From assembly GCA_038087875.1 (NCBI GenBank), contig CM075988.1, positions 14,386,001 through 14,450,000 of the forward strand: 64,000 nt of DNA, in the 5' to 3' direction. The position numbers and the translations under genes were made by a program. The notes under the pieces are model-generated. The model had not been told where the DNA came from. It did not search any database and worked only from the letters and a program-made list of their open reading frames with translations. The first letter of the stretch is position 1. The number at the start of each line of letters is the position of its first letter. Positions 53,534 through 64,000 of this stretch are shown here, in pieces. The DNA is from Malacoraja senta. Lineage: Eukaryota.

Positions 53534-54033
53534 GGTGCAAAAGTACTTTAAAAAAATAAAAAATTGAGGTCAGGTAAGGGGGGATGATAGTTGAAGAGTT
53601 GGTATGTCCTATTTACGTGATGCTCAAAAAAAAAACATTTGTTTCTCTTTTTTTCTCTTTCTCTTTTCTTTTCTTAGGGCCTATTTCTTAACTCTTTTTC
53701 TTTTTGTTTTTAATTTCGCTCTTATAGGGTCTTCATCCTTTTTTGTTGTTACATTTTCTACACTTTTCTACACTTGCACTTTTTCCTTCACTTTCTTCTT
53801 TCTTTCAATCTTTTCCCTTTCTAGTGTAAAAAAATAAATAAAGGGAGTACATTAATTGTAAGAAGATATAAATGACGAGTATTAATGTATGTGGTTGTAA
53901 TGTAATGTACTTCTAATAAACAAAATTTAAAAAAAAAAAAAGTAAAAAAAATAAAAAAAAATAAAAAAAATAAAAAATAAAAATTAAAAAAATAAAAATT
54001 AAAAAAAAATTAAAAAAAAAGTTTAAGGATTTT

Positions 54034-54495
54034 CTGCATTTGTACCTCCTGTGCCCTTACACCTGCACCAATATGTCCCCAGATGGAGGGATTCACTGCT
54101 GGGACATTCAGTGAAGTACAGTTCCCTGGTGCCAGGTATTTTGCAGTAGTTTCATTAACTGCCTGTTCTTGTAATTGATGGGTTGATAGGTAGTCAATGC
54201 TGGCTGCTAGTTGTTGTTTCAGCGGCTGCCCTGACTGTGGAGGCACCGCAATCTTTTTCACCATGCCCAGCATCTTCTCTTCTGGCACCCCCAGCACACT
54301 TGAAGTCTCTTCAGCCAACCCTTGTTCGGAGTCAGCCCAGAAATGACTCCCAATGCTCCCCTCTGTCGAGGGAGATACATTGTGCAGCCCTGAAAAAGGT
54401 ACTGCCATAGGCTTCCTCGGAAGCCCATAGTGACTTGACTCCTGCTCACGGAGTTTGTCACGGTGAAGCAATTGCTCCACCAGCCGTTCCAGCCG
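54034..54495 (-). pseudogene. DIRS gag-like ORF, N-terminal remaining part (start deleted)
   Basis: ORF 54010..54480 (...YLAPGNCTSLNVPAVNPSIWGHI...RAQEVQMQKILKL) continues in frame into 50114-49629 across the TSD. Confidence 0.8.
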
Positions 54496-54509
54496 CTCCG
54501 AAGTAAAAT

Positions 54510-54715
54510 CAAGAATCTACCTATCTGTCCCTTAAAAGTATCCATTGACTTGGCTTCACAGCCTTGTGTGGCAATGAATTCCATGGATTCACCATTCTCT
54601 GACTAAAGAAATTCTTCCTCATCTCCTTCCTAAAGGAACGTCCTTTAATTCTGTGGCTATGAACTCTGGTCCTAGACACTTCCACTAGTGGAAACATCCT
54701 CTCCACATCCACTAT
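54510..54715 (-). mobile_element. CR1 3' fragment (right half of the DIRS target)
   Basis: Encodes VERMFPLVEVSRTRVHSHRIKGRSFRKEMRKNFFSQRMVNPWNSLP, a CR1 ORF2 C-terminus. Confidence 0.82.
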
Positions 54716-54916
54716 CCCGGCGATAGAGGTGAATCTTTCTGAGAGTTTCTTAACCAATATTAAAAGGACATAGAGTGTCCCCTGAACAGACAGGCCATTT
54801 ATGATCTCTCCAATTGGCTCAATTGTTATTTGGGATCTCTTGCCTTGCACTAATTTCCAAACATCACCATTCCAATGTACTTATTAGCTGTAAATAACAT
54901 TGGAATGTTGCATAGA

Positions 54917-55138
54917 ACTCAAAGTGTTGGACTAACTCAATGGGTCAGGCAGTATCTTTGGAGGACATGGATAGGCGACCTTTCGGGTCGGAACCGTTCT
55001 TCAGACTCAGAGTTTGATGAAGGAGCCCCGACCCAAAACATCGCCTATCCATGACCTCTAGAGGAGCTGTCTGACCAGTGAATTACTCCAGCACTTTGTG
55101 GTCCATGCAAGATCCAAGCATGTGCAGTTCCTTGTGTC
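54917..55138. mobile_element. Palindromic pLTR mini-element
   Basis: caaagtgttggactaactca...ttcgggtcgg...ttcttcagact followed by the inverted arm ccgacccaaaacatcgcctatccatg...ttactccagcactttgtg and tail. Confidence 0.65.
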
Positions 55139-56914
55139 AATGTTGGGATGTTCTAGGGCTGTGTAATCATGGGTTATTTATTTTTAGATCATTCATCTAA
55201 TCTCATCTCCGTATTTTAGTTTCTCAAGAAAATGTGCCAATTCATTGTGATTTTGCAGGTGAATATATGAGTAACAGGATTAGTATCGAAGGAAGACAAA
55301 AAGCACCGTGTTCTCCATCCAACGGCTAATCCAAGCGCAAGAACTAATAATTCATTCTCATTTTTGAAGGATAGTACAACTGCAGTAAGCACAAGATGGA
55401 TTCAATTTTATTGGTTTTGCTTGACTGCATATATTCTACCAAGATTGAATTTAAACTGATTCTCAAAACTAAGATCAAATCTGTATGTTGAAGGCAGGCT
55501 CAGTCGATTAGTTAGAATTTCATTTTAATCGACAACCAAAAGTATTGACTTCCCCCAGCAATTCAGTTACATTTTGAGGCTCTGCTTTTCTAAATTGGTG
55601 AAATATTTATTTGTAATTTATTCTCTGGGTAAATTTTTACACTCTACTCAGTGAGCAGAGGAGAAACAACCAAAAGGACATGATGAAGTTTTGAATACAT
55701 GCAGCCAGCTGGCATTAGACAAAAGATGTACTCTGTTTCTGCACGGCGCAGCACTGAATATTTCAGAGTTTTCATCTCTGGCCTCTGTCCTCCCATCTGT
55801 CAACCAAAATGCCCCACATTGGTATCCATCTATCACTTGCCAGGCATTGTCCCATCCCTTCCTTTTTTCCAGCTTTCTCCACTCCTACTATAATTAGTCT
55901 GAAGAGGGATCCTGACCCAAAACATTATCCACGTCTTCCAGAGATGCCGCCTGATCCATTATTACAGCAATTTGTGTCTTTCTCTGAAAGAATTATCAGC
56001 TTTTGTGCTACTGTGCACTGTACAATGTTCAGATATTGCCCGGCCTCGATGGGAGCAAATTGATTACGTTTGTGTCTCAGTTAAGTGTCCTGGGTTTTCC
56101 AGCATTTGAGGCAGAGGTCAATAGCACAACCCGGCCCACAGGGGATTTGATTGGAGTTAGAACAGAAGCTTTTACTTCAATGGTTTATCATAAAACACCA
56201 GCAGAATTATCTAATCCTTGTGGCTTTGATGTTGGCAACAGGGGTATAACATATCTGCTGCGCTTTGAAGCATCAGATTCAAAACCCTCATGTCCTTTGA
56301 TCACACTTTAACAATGCATTTCAGCTGGAGAAACCATCAAAATTCAACTCCTTCGATGCAACTGTCACGACTACCCTTCTGGGACCGGATGAGGAATGTG
56401 GATTAAGAAACTCTGAAGATGTTCCCTTTATAGACAATCGCTTGTTTATAAATCAGATAATGGGTAGACAGCTGCAAATATGCCAAGAATATGGATATAT
56501 AAAACAGTCTTTGTTAGTATGTTTACTACTACCAATTGTGGACTAGATGCTCGTTGACTCACCTTTGTGACATTGTTTGCCTTGCCTATGTACAGGCAAA
56601 GAATATAGTGGCAGCATGGAAAAGATAATTAATTAACTAAAGACCCATTGCCTCACAGCACCAACGACCCAATTCTGACCTTGGGTCCTGTCTGTGGAGA
56701 GTTTGCATGTTCTCCCCGTGACAACAAGGGTTTCCTCCAGCTGCTCATGTTTCCGCCCACATCCCAATGATGTGGAGGTAGTAGTTACTTGGCTTTTGTA
56801 AATTGCTCCTAGTGTATAGATGAGTGGTAGAATCTGAGGGGTATCAATGAGAACGTGGTGAAAATAAAAAAAATAGGATCAGTGTAGCATTAGTGTAAGT
56901 GGTTGCCTGATGGT

Positions 56915-57512
56915 CTAGAAACATAGAAACATAGAAAATAGGTGCAGGAGGCCATTCAGCCCTTCGAGCCAGCACTGCCATTCATTGTGATCATGGCTGA
57001 TCGTCCCCAATCAATAACCCGTGCCTGCCTTCTCCCCATAACCCTTAATTCCACTAGCCCCTAGACCTCTATCTAACTCTCTCTTAAATCCATCCAGTGA
57101 CTTGGCCTCCACTGCCCTCTGTGGCAGGGAATTCCACAAATTCACAACTCTCTGGGTGAAAATGTTTTTTCTCACCTTAGTCTAAATGGCTTCCCCTTTA
57201 TTCTAAGGCTGTGTCCCCTGGTTCTAGAATCGCCCAACATTGGAAACATTTTTCCTGCATCCAGCTTGTCCAGTCCTTTTATAATTTTTTCTGTTTCTAT
57301 AAGACCCCCCCCTCATCCTTCTGAACTCCAGTGAATACAAGCCTAATCTTTTCAATCTTTCCTCATATGACAGTCCCGCCACCCCAGGGATCAATCTCGT
57401 GAACCTACGCTGCACTGCCTCAATTACAAGGATGTCCTTCCTCAAATTAGGAGACCAAAACTGGACACAATACTCCAGATGTGGTCTCACCAGAGCCCTA
57501 TACAATGCAGAA
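56915..57512 (-). mobile_element. CR1 LINE 3' fragment (same subfamily as 32696-34437) with (TTTCTATG)n tail, inserted in a V-SINE
   Basis: [18 protein letters not shown]...[12 protein letters not shown]; near-identical to 32700-33280; tail repeat agaaacatagaaacatagaaa. Confidence 0.88.
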
Positions 57513-57551
57513 GAGTCTGTATGTACTCAGTGGGCCAAAGGACCCATTTCC

Positions 57552-58843
57552 TTTGACTGCTTTGGTGCCACCTCCTGCACCCACACACAACTGACTGACT
57601 TCATCCGCTTCACCACCAACTTCCATCCGGCACTCAAATACACCTGGACCATTTCCGACAGTTCCCTACCATTCCTTGACCTCACTATCTCCATCGCAGG
57701 TGATAGACTTCTTACCGACATCCACTACAAACCTACTGACTCCCATGGCTATCTGGACTACACTTCTTCCCACCCTGCTTCCTGTAAGGACTCCATCCCC
57801 TACTCCCAATTCCTCCGTCTACGCCGCATCTGCTCCCAGGATGAGGCGTTCCACACCAGGGCATCCGAAATGTCCTCATTCTTCAGGGAACGGGGGTTCC
57901 CCTCCTCCACCATAGATGAGGCTCGCACCAGGGTCTCTTCCATACCCCGCAACACTGCTCTCTCTCCCCATCCCCCCACTCGCAACAAGGGCAGAGTCCC
58001 CCTAGTCCTCACCTTTGACCCCACCAGCCGTCACATACAAGTAATCCTCCGTTAGTTTCGCCACCTCCAACGTGACCCCACCACTCGCCACATCTTCCCA
58101 TCTCCCCCCATGTGTGCCTTCCGCAAAGACCGCTCCCTCCGTAACTCCCTTGTCAATTCTTCCCTTCCCTCCCGTACCACCCCCTCCCCGGGCACTTTCC
58201 CTTGCAACTGCAAGAGATGCAACACTTGTCCCTTCACCTCCCCCCTCGACTCCAGTGAAGGACCCAAGCAGTCGTTCCAGGTGCGACAGAGGTTCACCTG
58301 CATCTCCTCCAACCTCATCTATTGCATCCGCTGCTCTAGATGTCAGCTGATCTACATCGGTGAGACCAAGCGGAGGCTTGGCGATCGTTTCGCCGAACAC
58401 CTCCGTCGGTCCGCAATAACCAACCTGACCTCCCGGTGGTTCAGCACTTCAACTCCTCCTCCCATTCCGTATCCTTCCTCTCTGTCCTGGGTCTCCTCCA
58501 TGGCCAGAGCGAGCAACACCGGAAATTGGATGAAATGCACCTCATATTCCGCTTGGGTAGTCTGCATCCTGGGGGCATGAACATTGAATTCTCCCAATTT
58601 TGCTAGCCCTTGCTGTCTCCTCCCCTTCCTCAGCCCTCGGGCTGAGTCCTCCCATCCCTCAGCCCTCGGGCTCCTCCTCCGCCTTTTTCCTTTCTTCTCC
58701 CCACCCCCCATCAGTCTGAAGAAGGGTTTCGGCCCGAAACGTTGCCTATTTCTTTCGCTCCATAGATGCTGCTGCACCCGCTGAGTTTCTCCAGCATTTT
58801 TTGTGTACCTTCGATTTTCCAGCATCTGCAGTTCCTTCTTAAA
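57552..58843 (+). mobile_element. Penelope-like retroelement, 5'-truncated (RT C-terminus, GIY-YIG endonuclease, pLTR with hammerhead motif)
   Basis: DCFG...NFHPALKYTW...LPFLDL...HYKPTDSHGYL (PLE RT thumb); NLIYCIRCSRCQLIYIGETKRRLGDRFAEHL (GIY-YIG); in-frame stop at 58053 and a later frameshift; 16-bp imperfect TSD caaaggacc(c/t)(a/g)tttcc at 57536-57551 and 58844-58859. Confidence 0.92.
58712..58748 (+). ncRNA. Minimal type I hammerhead ribozyme motif in the Penelope 3' terminal repeat
   Basis: CUGAAGA (58716-58722), an extra A, stem II GGGU-UUCG-GCCC, then GAAA and CGUU (palindromic AACGUU helix III). PLE termini are known to carry minimal hammerheads. Helix I is very short, so activity is not established. 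Confidence 0.6.
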
Positions 58844-59677
58844 CAAAGGACCTGTTTCCATGGTGGGTTTCTCTATGACTAAATTCTTAAGTGTGCAAAC
58901 CAGACAGTGGTTTATATTGTTAGTTTTAAACAGCCAATGCCTATTCCCTACCATTGAATGGCTGTCCTGCAGTGACCGGTTGAAGGCACGGCCTCCGCCA
59001 CAGCGCCGCGATCAGCACGGCAGCCGCCACAGCCGCCGCCACAGCGCCGCGATCAGCACTGCCGCCGCCACAGCCCCGCAGATCCGAAATGACGTCATCG
59101 CAGTCGGCCCGCCCTTTTTTTTAACTTACTGCAAGCTCGTGGTACCAGCCTTACTTAAATCACTCGGCCCCCGCGCAGCATCTGTGCGGCGCTCCCGTGG
59201 CATAGGCTCGGCGCTCTCGCCGTTGCCGTGCAGTCCCCTCTACATGCGACGCCGCGCTTCACCGCCGATGACCGCAACACCGTGAGACAGAGCCTTTAAT
59301 CTCCTCTCATATTGGTCTTCTGTCATTGTACAGAACTGAAATACAATAGTTGGGCTATACAAGGTGGTCTGCTGCAGAATGCTTCATCTTTTTGGGCAGA
59401 TGAATCTGAGACCTGGCATAGGACGTTGAAAGAAGGTCCTGTGTTTATTTGCAGCTTGCAACAGTGCCACATCAACATCCAGGAGTTTTTCTTTGTAAAA
59501 CTGATCTTGGACCATTCCAGGAGATGGCAAGTCTAGTTTGAGCAGGGATATGCAATTACAACAGACATAAGTACATAAGGTCCCTGTTTGATGCCACTTA
59601 CAATGAAATATTTTTGACTGGTATTCATTGAATGTGCTTAAATCTGATTTAATAGGAACTTGTGTTGGGTCTTGAAG

Positions 59678-59905
59678 AGTGGCATAGTGGGGTAGAGGTA
59701 GATTTGCTGTCTTACAACAGCAGAGACCCGGTTTCGATCCTGACTACAGGTGCTCTCTGTATGGAGTTTGTACATTTTCCCTGTGAACGCGTGGGGTTCT
59801 CTCTGGGTGCTCCGGTTTCCTCCCACTCTCCAAAAACATGCAAGTTTATAAGATAATCGGCTTCAGTAAGTTGGTAAATTGTCCCTAATGTGTAATATAG
59901 TGTTA
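59678..59905 (+). mobile_element. HE1/V-SINE-type SINE lacking its tail
   Basis: gtggcatagtgg head, gtttcgatcc B-box, V-domain. Confidence 0.72.
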
Positions 59906-60829
59906 CTCGGGCATCTGAGCATCTGTTCCTGCCACCCTAAATGTTCCAGACCTGGCCTTGTGTTATCTTTCACAGAAAGTAAAAGAAAGTAGAGTTTGCT
60001 TCAAAGATAGACACAAAAAGCTGAAGTAACTCAGCAGGTCAGGCTGCATTCCTGGAGAAAAGAAATTGGTTGACGCTTCAGGTCGAGACCTTTCTTCAAA
60101 CTCTTCAGAGTTTGTTTTGGCAGGTCCATAACCAAAACTGTACTTAAGTATAATGAGCATATGGCATATCTTTTGGAACACAAATCAATTTCAATTACTA
60201 ATGGCAACCAATAAATAATCCGTGTTTACCAATGCAGATGGTGGTATAACTTTGGCCTTGAAAGTATCTCAGTTTATTCATTTCAACGCTATCTATCTTC
60301 AAGTCAATAAACAAACAAAGTAATTAAGTGTGACAAGTCGGCACGCTGAGATTAGCAGAGAGATAAATACATCATGTGCTTTCATAATTTTTGACCTTTG
60401 CATTGGCATCACCAGCTGGATCTCAACAGGATGATCAGCTACCATCACAATGTTTCCAACACCTTTTCCGATGATATTTTTTAACTTTCAATATATCTGC
60501 AGCAATGATACTTCAACCAACAAGCAATCCAGATGCCTTGAGTGTAAGCATTTATATTCTGATTGATGCAACCAACCAAGCAGAACACCAGCTACACTTT
60601 GCACAGTACTTTGCAGGCTTCGAGAAAACAACCTTACTCTCACATTACCAGAATTGGTAATTCTATTCCAAACAGTTGGTAAACCACTTTTGGAATATTT
60701 AAAGACATTCCACACAACACTGTGGAGTAGCGCAAGGAAGATTAGCATAGTCCATGGAGTCACAGGGCCAATAATAACAGAAATTTGGTGCGTTCGGCAT
60801 AGTCACCTGCTTTTAATTTCCCACTTTTA

Positions 60830-61128
60830 ATTTAGTTAAGAGATACAGCCTGGAAACAGGCCCTTTGGCCCACTAAGTCTGCACTGACCAGCAATCCCCA
60901 TACACCAACACTGTCCTACACACACACTGAGGACAATTTTTACTGAAGCCAATTAACCTGCAAACCTGTACATCTTTGGGGTGTGGAAGGAAACCAGAGC
61001 ACTGGAGAAAATGCATACAGGTCACAGGGAGAACGTGCAAACTCTGCATAGACAGCAACCGTAGACAGGATCGAACCCGGGTCCCTGGCGCTCTAAGGCA
61101 GCAACTCTAACGCTGTGCCACCGTGCCG
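60830..61128 (-). mobile_element. HE1/V-SINE-type SINE, full length
   Basis: Reverse complement of the same family (gtgccaccgtgccgtcc head; ggatcgaacc B-box). Confidence 0.8.
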
Positions 61129-63424
61129 TCCTTGTCTAAAATTATAAAAAACACTGCAACAATGAACAAGGAGAAGCAGCAACTGCCAGTGTGAAAATAA
61201 ATGTGACCTTCCTTAGAACAAGCAATTGCTAGCTAAATGGAGATGCCCTATATTTAGACTAAAAAAAGATGTAGATCTGAGTTGATGCCAGGCCTTTAGG
61301 CTCCTGGCACAATAATTAATTATCACCATGGATCTGATAATCCTGCCGACTGCATATCACTGCGACCAGATCTAGATGCTGCCACAAAACAGATAGCTAA
61401 GAAATTTATTAATTTGCCGTTAGACCCAAGGCCACGGCTTTAGCTGATCCCAAGCAGATTACACAGGGGGATCTGATACTGGGAGTAGCGAGACAATATT
61501 CGCACACCAATCGAGAGTGCGGAGACCATTGGCATTTTAGAGCCATTCCTCACTGAGGATGATATAATTCCTTATGGTAGGTGCAGAGTTATTTTGATGG
61601 AAATGTAGCACCTTTGTTGTCGATCAAAATGGCTTTTGGAAACCTCCTCACACGTTAAGTTTCATACCCAAGAATAGTTAGCAACATAAACGGGGCAATT
61701 GAAAGACATCTCTGTTATCTGGGGACAACTGGAATTGCATGATAGTCTTTTCTGCCATGTCACATCTACTTAACAGAATCAGGCACGGCGGTTTATTTAC
61801 TCGAATATGAGAAAGACAGCAGGTTACTTTTTGTTGGGACAAAGATTGTGATAGAAATAGCTGGAGGTTAAGTTGGTTCCCATTGTCATTGGTAATGCAC
61901 TCCTGGCCTTGCTCTCAGCTGCAGCATGGTCCAGTTTTGCCAATAGCTCTTTAGAGGATCAGAAATTCCTTCAGGCCTTTGCCGCCTATAACAGAAATGG
62001 CCAGTTCCAATGAAATCACATTAACCTGTAATATCAACTGTTCTCTCTTTCCATCGATGCTGCCTAACCTGCCGACTTACTTACACCATTCTTCTTTTAT
62101 TTCAGATTTTCAGTATCTGCAATATTCCTGCACTGAATTCTGCTCTTCCCTTTTCTCATTCATCTACCTCTATTTATATTCCGTCCATTTCGATTAGCCG
62201 CAATTAACAATCCCTCATCACTCTCTCTCGGCTAGCACCACCACATCTGTATCGTTAAGTCTTACATTTCCACCGTATCACAAACATAATTTTTGCAAAA
62301 CTTGAAAAGATATGCAAACGGTAATGAGAAAAAGTCAATTAGAACTGAAGTAACCAAAGTAGACCCAATAATAAGGTTTGCCAAAGCCATTTCTAAAGCA
62401 ATGGACTATTATCAGTGAAGCAAAGGTGCACAGGACTAATTAAAGTTTCAGAAATGATATATGTGATCTCTGGTGCTATTGTTAATAAAGAACCTGCATA
62501 AGATATCTTTTCCATTGCACATTCTTCACAATAACACACTCTGTAAGTCCCAAAAGCCACTGTTATCCATTTCCTCTGCTGCTCCCTGTTTACAGGGTAC
62601 AATACTTTCTGCCATGTCAATTCCATTACTAAATTCAAGGCAAAAATCTGGAGACGTTGTTTTCATTTTCAGTATTCCAGAAGAAGAAATTAAATTGTGC
62701 ATTCAAACTCTGCTGTTCTCCAAGGATTAGCTGCTTGGCTTCTGACTAGCATAAAGAAGAAACAGTGTCTCTGAGCTGAAAAACCCATTCAAATGCAGAA
62801 CTCGACTGTCAAAATAACCCTCCCCTGCACGGAGGTATATAAACCAAGCTCTCCTACTGCACTCCCATCTGCTGCCCCCCCACATCATTGTCGTTCTCAT
62901 CAATAATGGCAGAAAGATGTCTGCTTATCAAGCCAGGCTTGAGGCATCAGGCTTCACTGCTTCCAAAGGCACAACTGCCTGATGCTGTCATCAGCTTGTT
63001 TGCATTTTAATACCATAAAACCTTTTTGTCCCAGGTCTCATGAGAGAATGTGTGTTTGCCAGCGTGTGTGCCGTGCATCAGAAAACAGAAAGCAACCTCA
63101 ACAGGTTGCAATGCCATGAGTCACTGGCTCCTGTGTTCTTTGCTGGCAAGATCTTCCCTCTGTTGAGGCATGAGCCCTGCAGATTAATCCAACCAACCTA
63201 CTGGTGAACAGTAACCACAGATTTGTAAGTTATCGATCTTCTGCAGAAAGTGCCCAAAGTGCAAAATTTATACTCTATCAGGCAAACCGAATGATGAACG
63301 CGGTCTGATTGACCTGGACGATGACACTTTGGCCTGGCTCGCCTCAACGGAGCTGCAGGTCTAAAAGACATACGACAAAAGAAGAAGAAGGCAAACCTAC
63401 CACCAATTGCAGGTAAAAAAAATT

Positions 63425-63740
63425 CAGGAACTACAGATGGGCGTTTACACCAAAGATAGACACAAAATGCTGGAGTCACTCAAGACTTGATTCTGAAGAA
63501 GGCTATCGACCCGAAATGTCACCTGTTCCTTTTCGCCTGACCAGCTGAGTTACTTCAGCATTTTGTGTCTATTTATGGATATATGATGTTTTGGGTCTGG
63601 ACCCTTCTACATTGAAGAATGGTCCAGATCCAAAACATAATCTATCCATATTATCCAGAGATGCTGCCTGACCCACTTAGTTACTCCAGCACTTTGTGTC
63701 TTTTTTTTTGCAACCCAGCATCTGCAGTTTCTTGTTTCTC
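63425..63740. mobile_element. Two adjacent degenerate pLTR mini-elements
   Basis: ctgaagaaggctatcgacccgaaatgtcacc and ccagagatgctgcctgacccacttagttactccagcactttgtgtc...ccagcatctgcagtt. Confidence 0.6.
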
Positions 63741-64000
63741 CAATTACAGGTTACTGCCAACCCCTATAGCACATGTGGTAGGAGATTTCATTGCTGGGGA
63801 GTTGAATGTAATGTGTATACATGCCTCAGAGTGTACTTGATGCTACTTGCTGCATTAAGACCACATGATTTATAAGTCATTACCATGTGAGCTGTTAACT
63901 CTGTGGAGGGTGATATTGGTGATAAATTAATTATTCGTCTCTTCATCTCTACATCCAAAATGTGTAATTTGGCCACAACATTGTCCCTTGTTGTTATTCC

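Larger units (their letters stand above)
50115..54016 (+). mobile_element. L1-clade LINE, 5'-truncated, with inverted-duplicated 5' end, 3' UTR and poly(A) tail
   Basis: 17-bp TSD aaaagtttaaggatttt at 50098-50114 and 54017-54033; insertion at a TT/AAAA L1-endonuclease consensus; AATAAA at 53915-53920 followed by an A-rich tail at about 53929-54016; ORF2 RT and C-terminal CCHC motif present. Confidence 0.95.
46200..54509 (-). mobile_element. DIRS1-type tyrosine-recombinase retrotransposon (gag, RT/RNase H/methyltransferase, YR), 5'-internally deleted and interrupted by an L1
   Basis: Domain order gag, RT, RH, MT, YR on the minus strand. The terminal 79 bp (46200-46278) is inverted-repeated at 46416-46494 (ICR). 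The other terminus 54496-54509 is complementary to 46492-46505. The flanks rejoin into a continuous CR1 sequence (...atccttact[aat]caagaatcta...). Confidence 0.93.

Noticed and set aside
58960..59298. GC/CpG-rich stretch as IGSF9B promoter or first exon
   Set aside because: No signal-peptide-like coding exon or donor site found. It has internal short repeats and ends in gtgagacagagcctttaa, resembling one Harbinger-type TIR; the matching left TIR was not found, so it is probably a transposon fragment.
62820..62860. TATA-like motif (gtatataaa) as a promoter
   Set aside because: Isolated short motif on the strand opposite the gene, with no supporting context.

Overview
Eukaryotic (vertebrate) genomic DNA. 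The repeat landscape (HE1/V-SINE-type tRNA SINEs, CR1, Rex1/Babar, Penelope, DIRS) suggests a cartilaginous fish, likely a skate or ray (inference). The only host coding sequence I can support is one 198-bp exon of IGSF9B (turtle homolog B, start of the first Ig domain) on the minus strand at 11404-11601. The rest appears to be intron of that gene and is filled with transposable elements. The most informative structure is a three-level nest at about 46.1-54.7 kb. An old CR1 fragment is split by a DIRS tyrosine-recombinase retrotransposon whose internal complementary region and shared AAT recombination core can be read directly. The DIRS gag is in turn split by a young L1 with a 17-bp TSD, whose 5' end is a 678-bp near-perfect inverted duplication. 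A Penelope-like element (RT C-terminus plus GIY-YIG) at 57.5-58.8 kb ends in a minimal hammerhead-ribozyme motif. About 14 short, often palindromic and TSD-flanked mini-elements built from that same ribozyme-bearing end are scattered across the window. Also seen: a strong RE1/NRSE motif, Harbinger-, hAT- and Helitron-like non-autonomous elements, and two degenerate ORF-like stretches of unknown, possibly viral, origin. Family assignments come from motif recognition by eye, not database searches.
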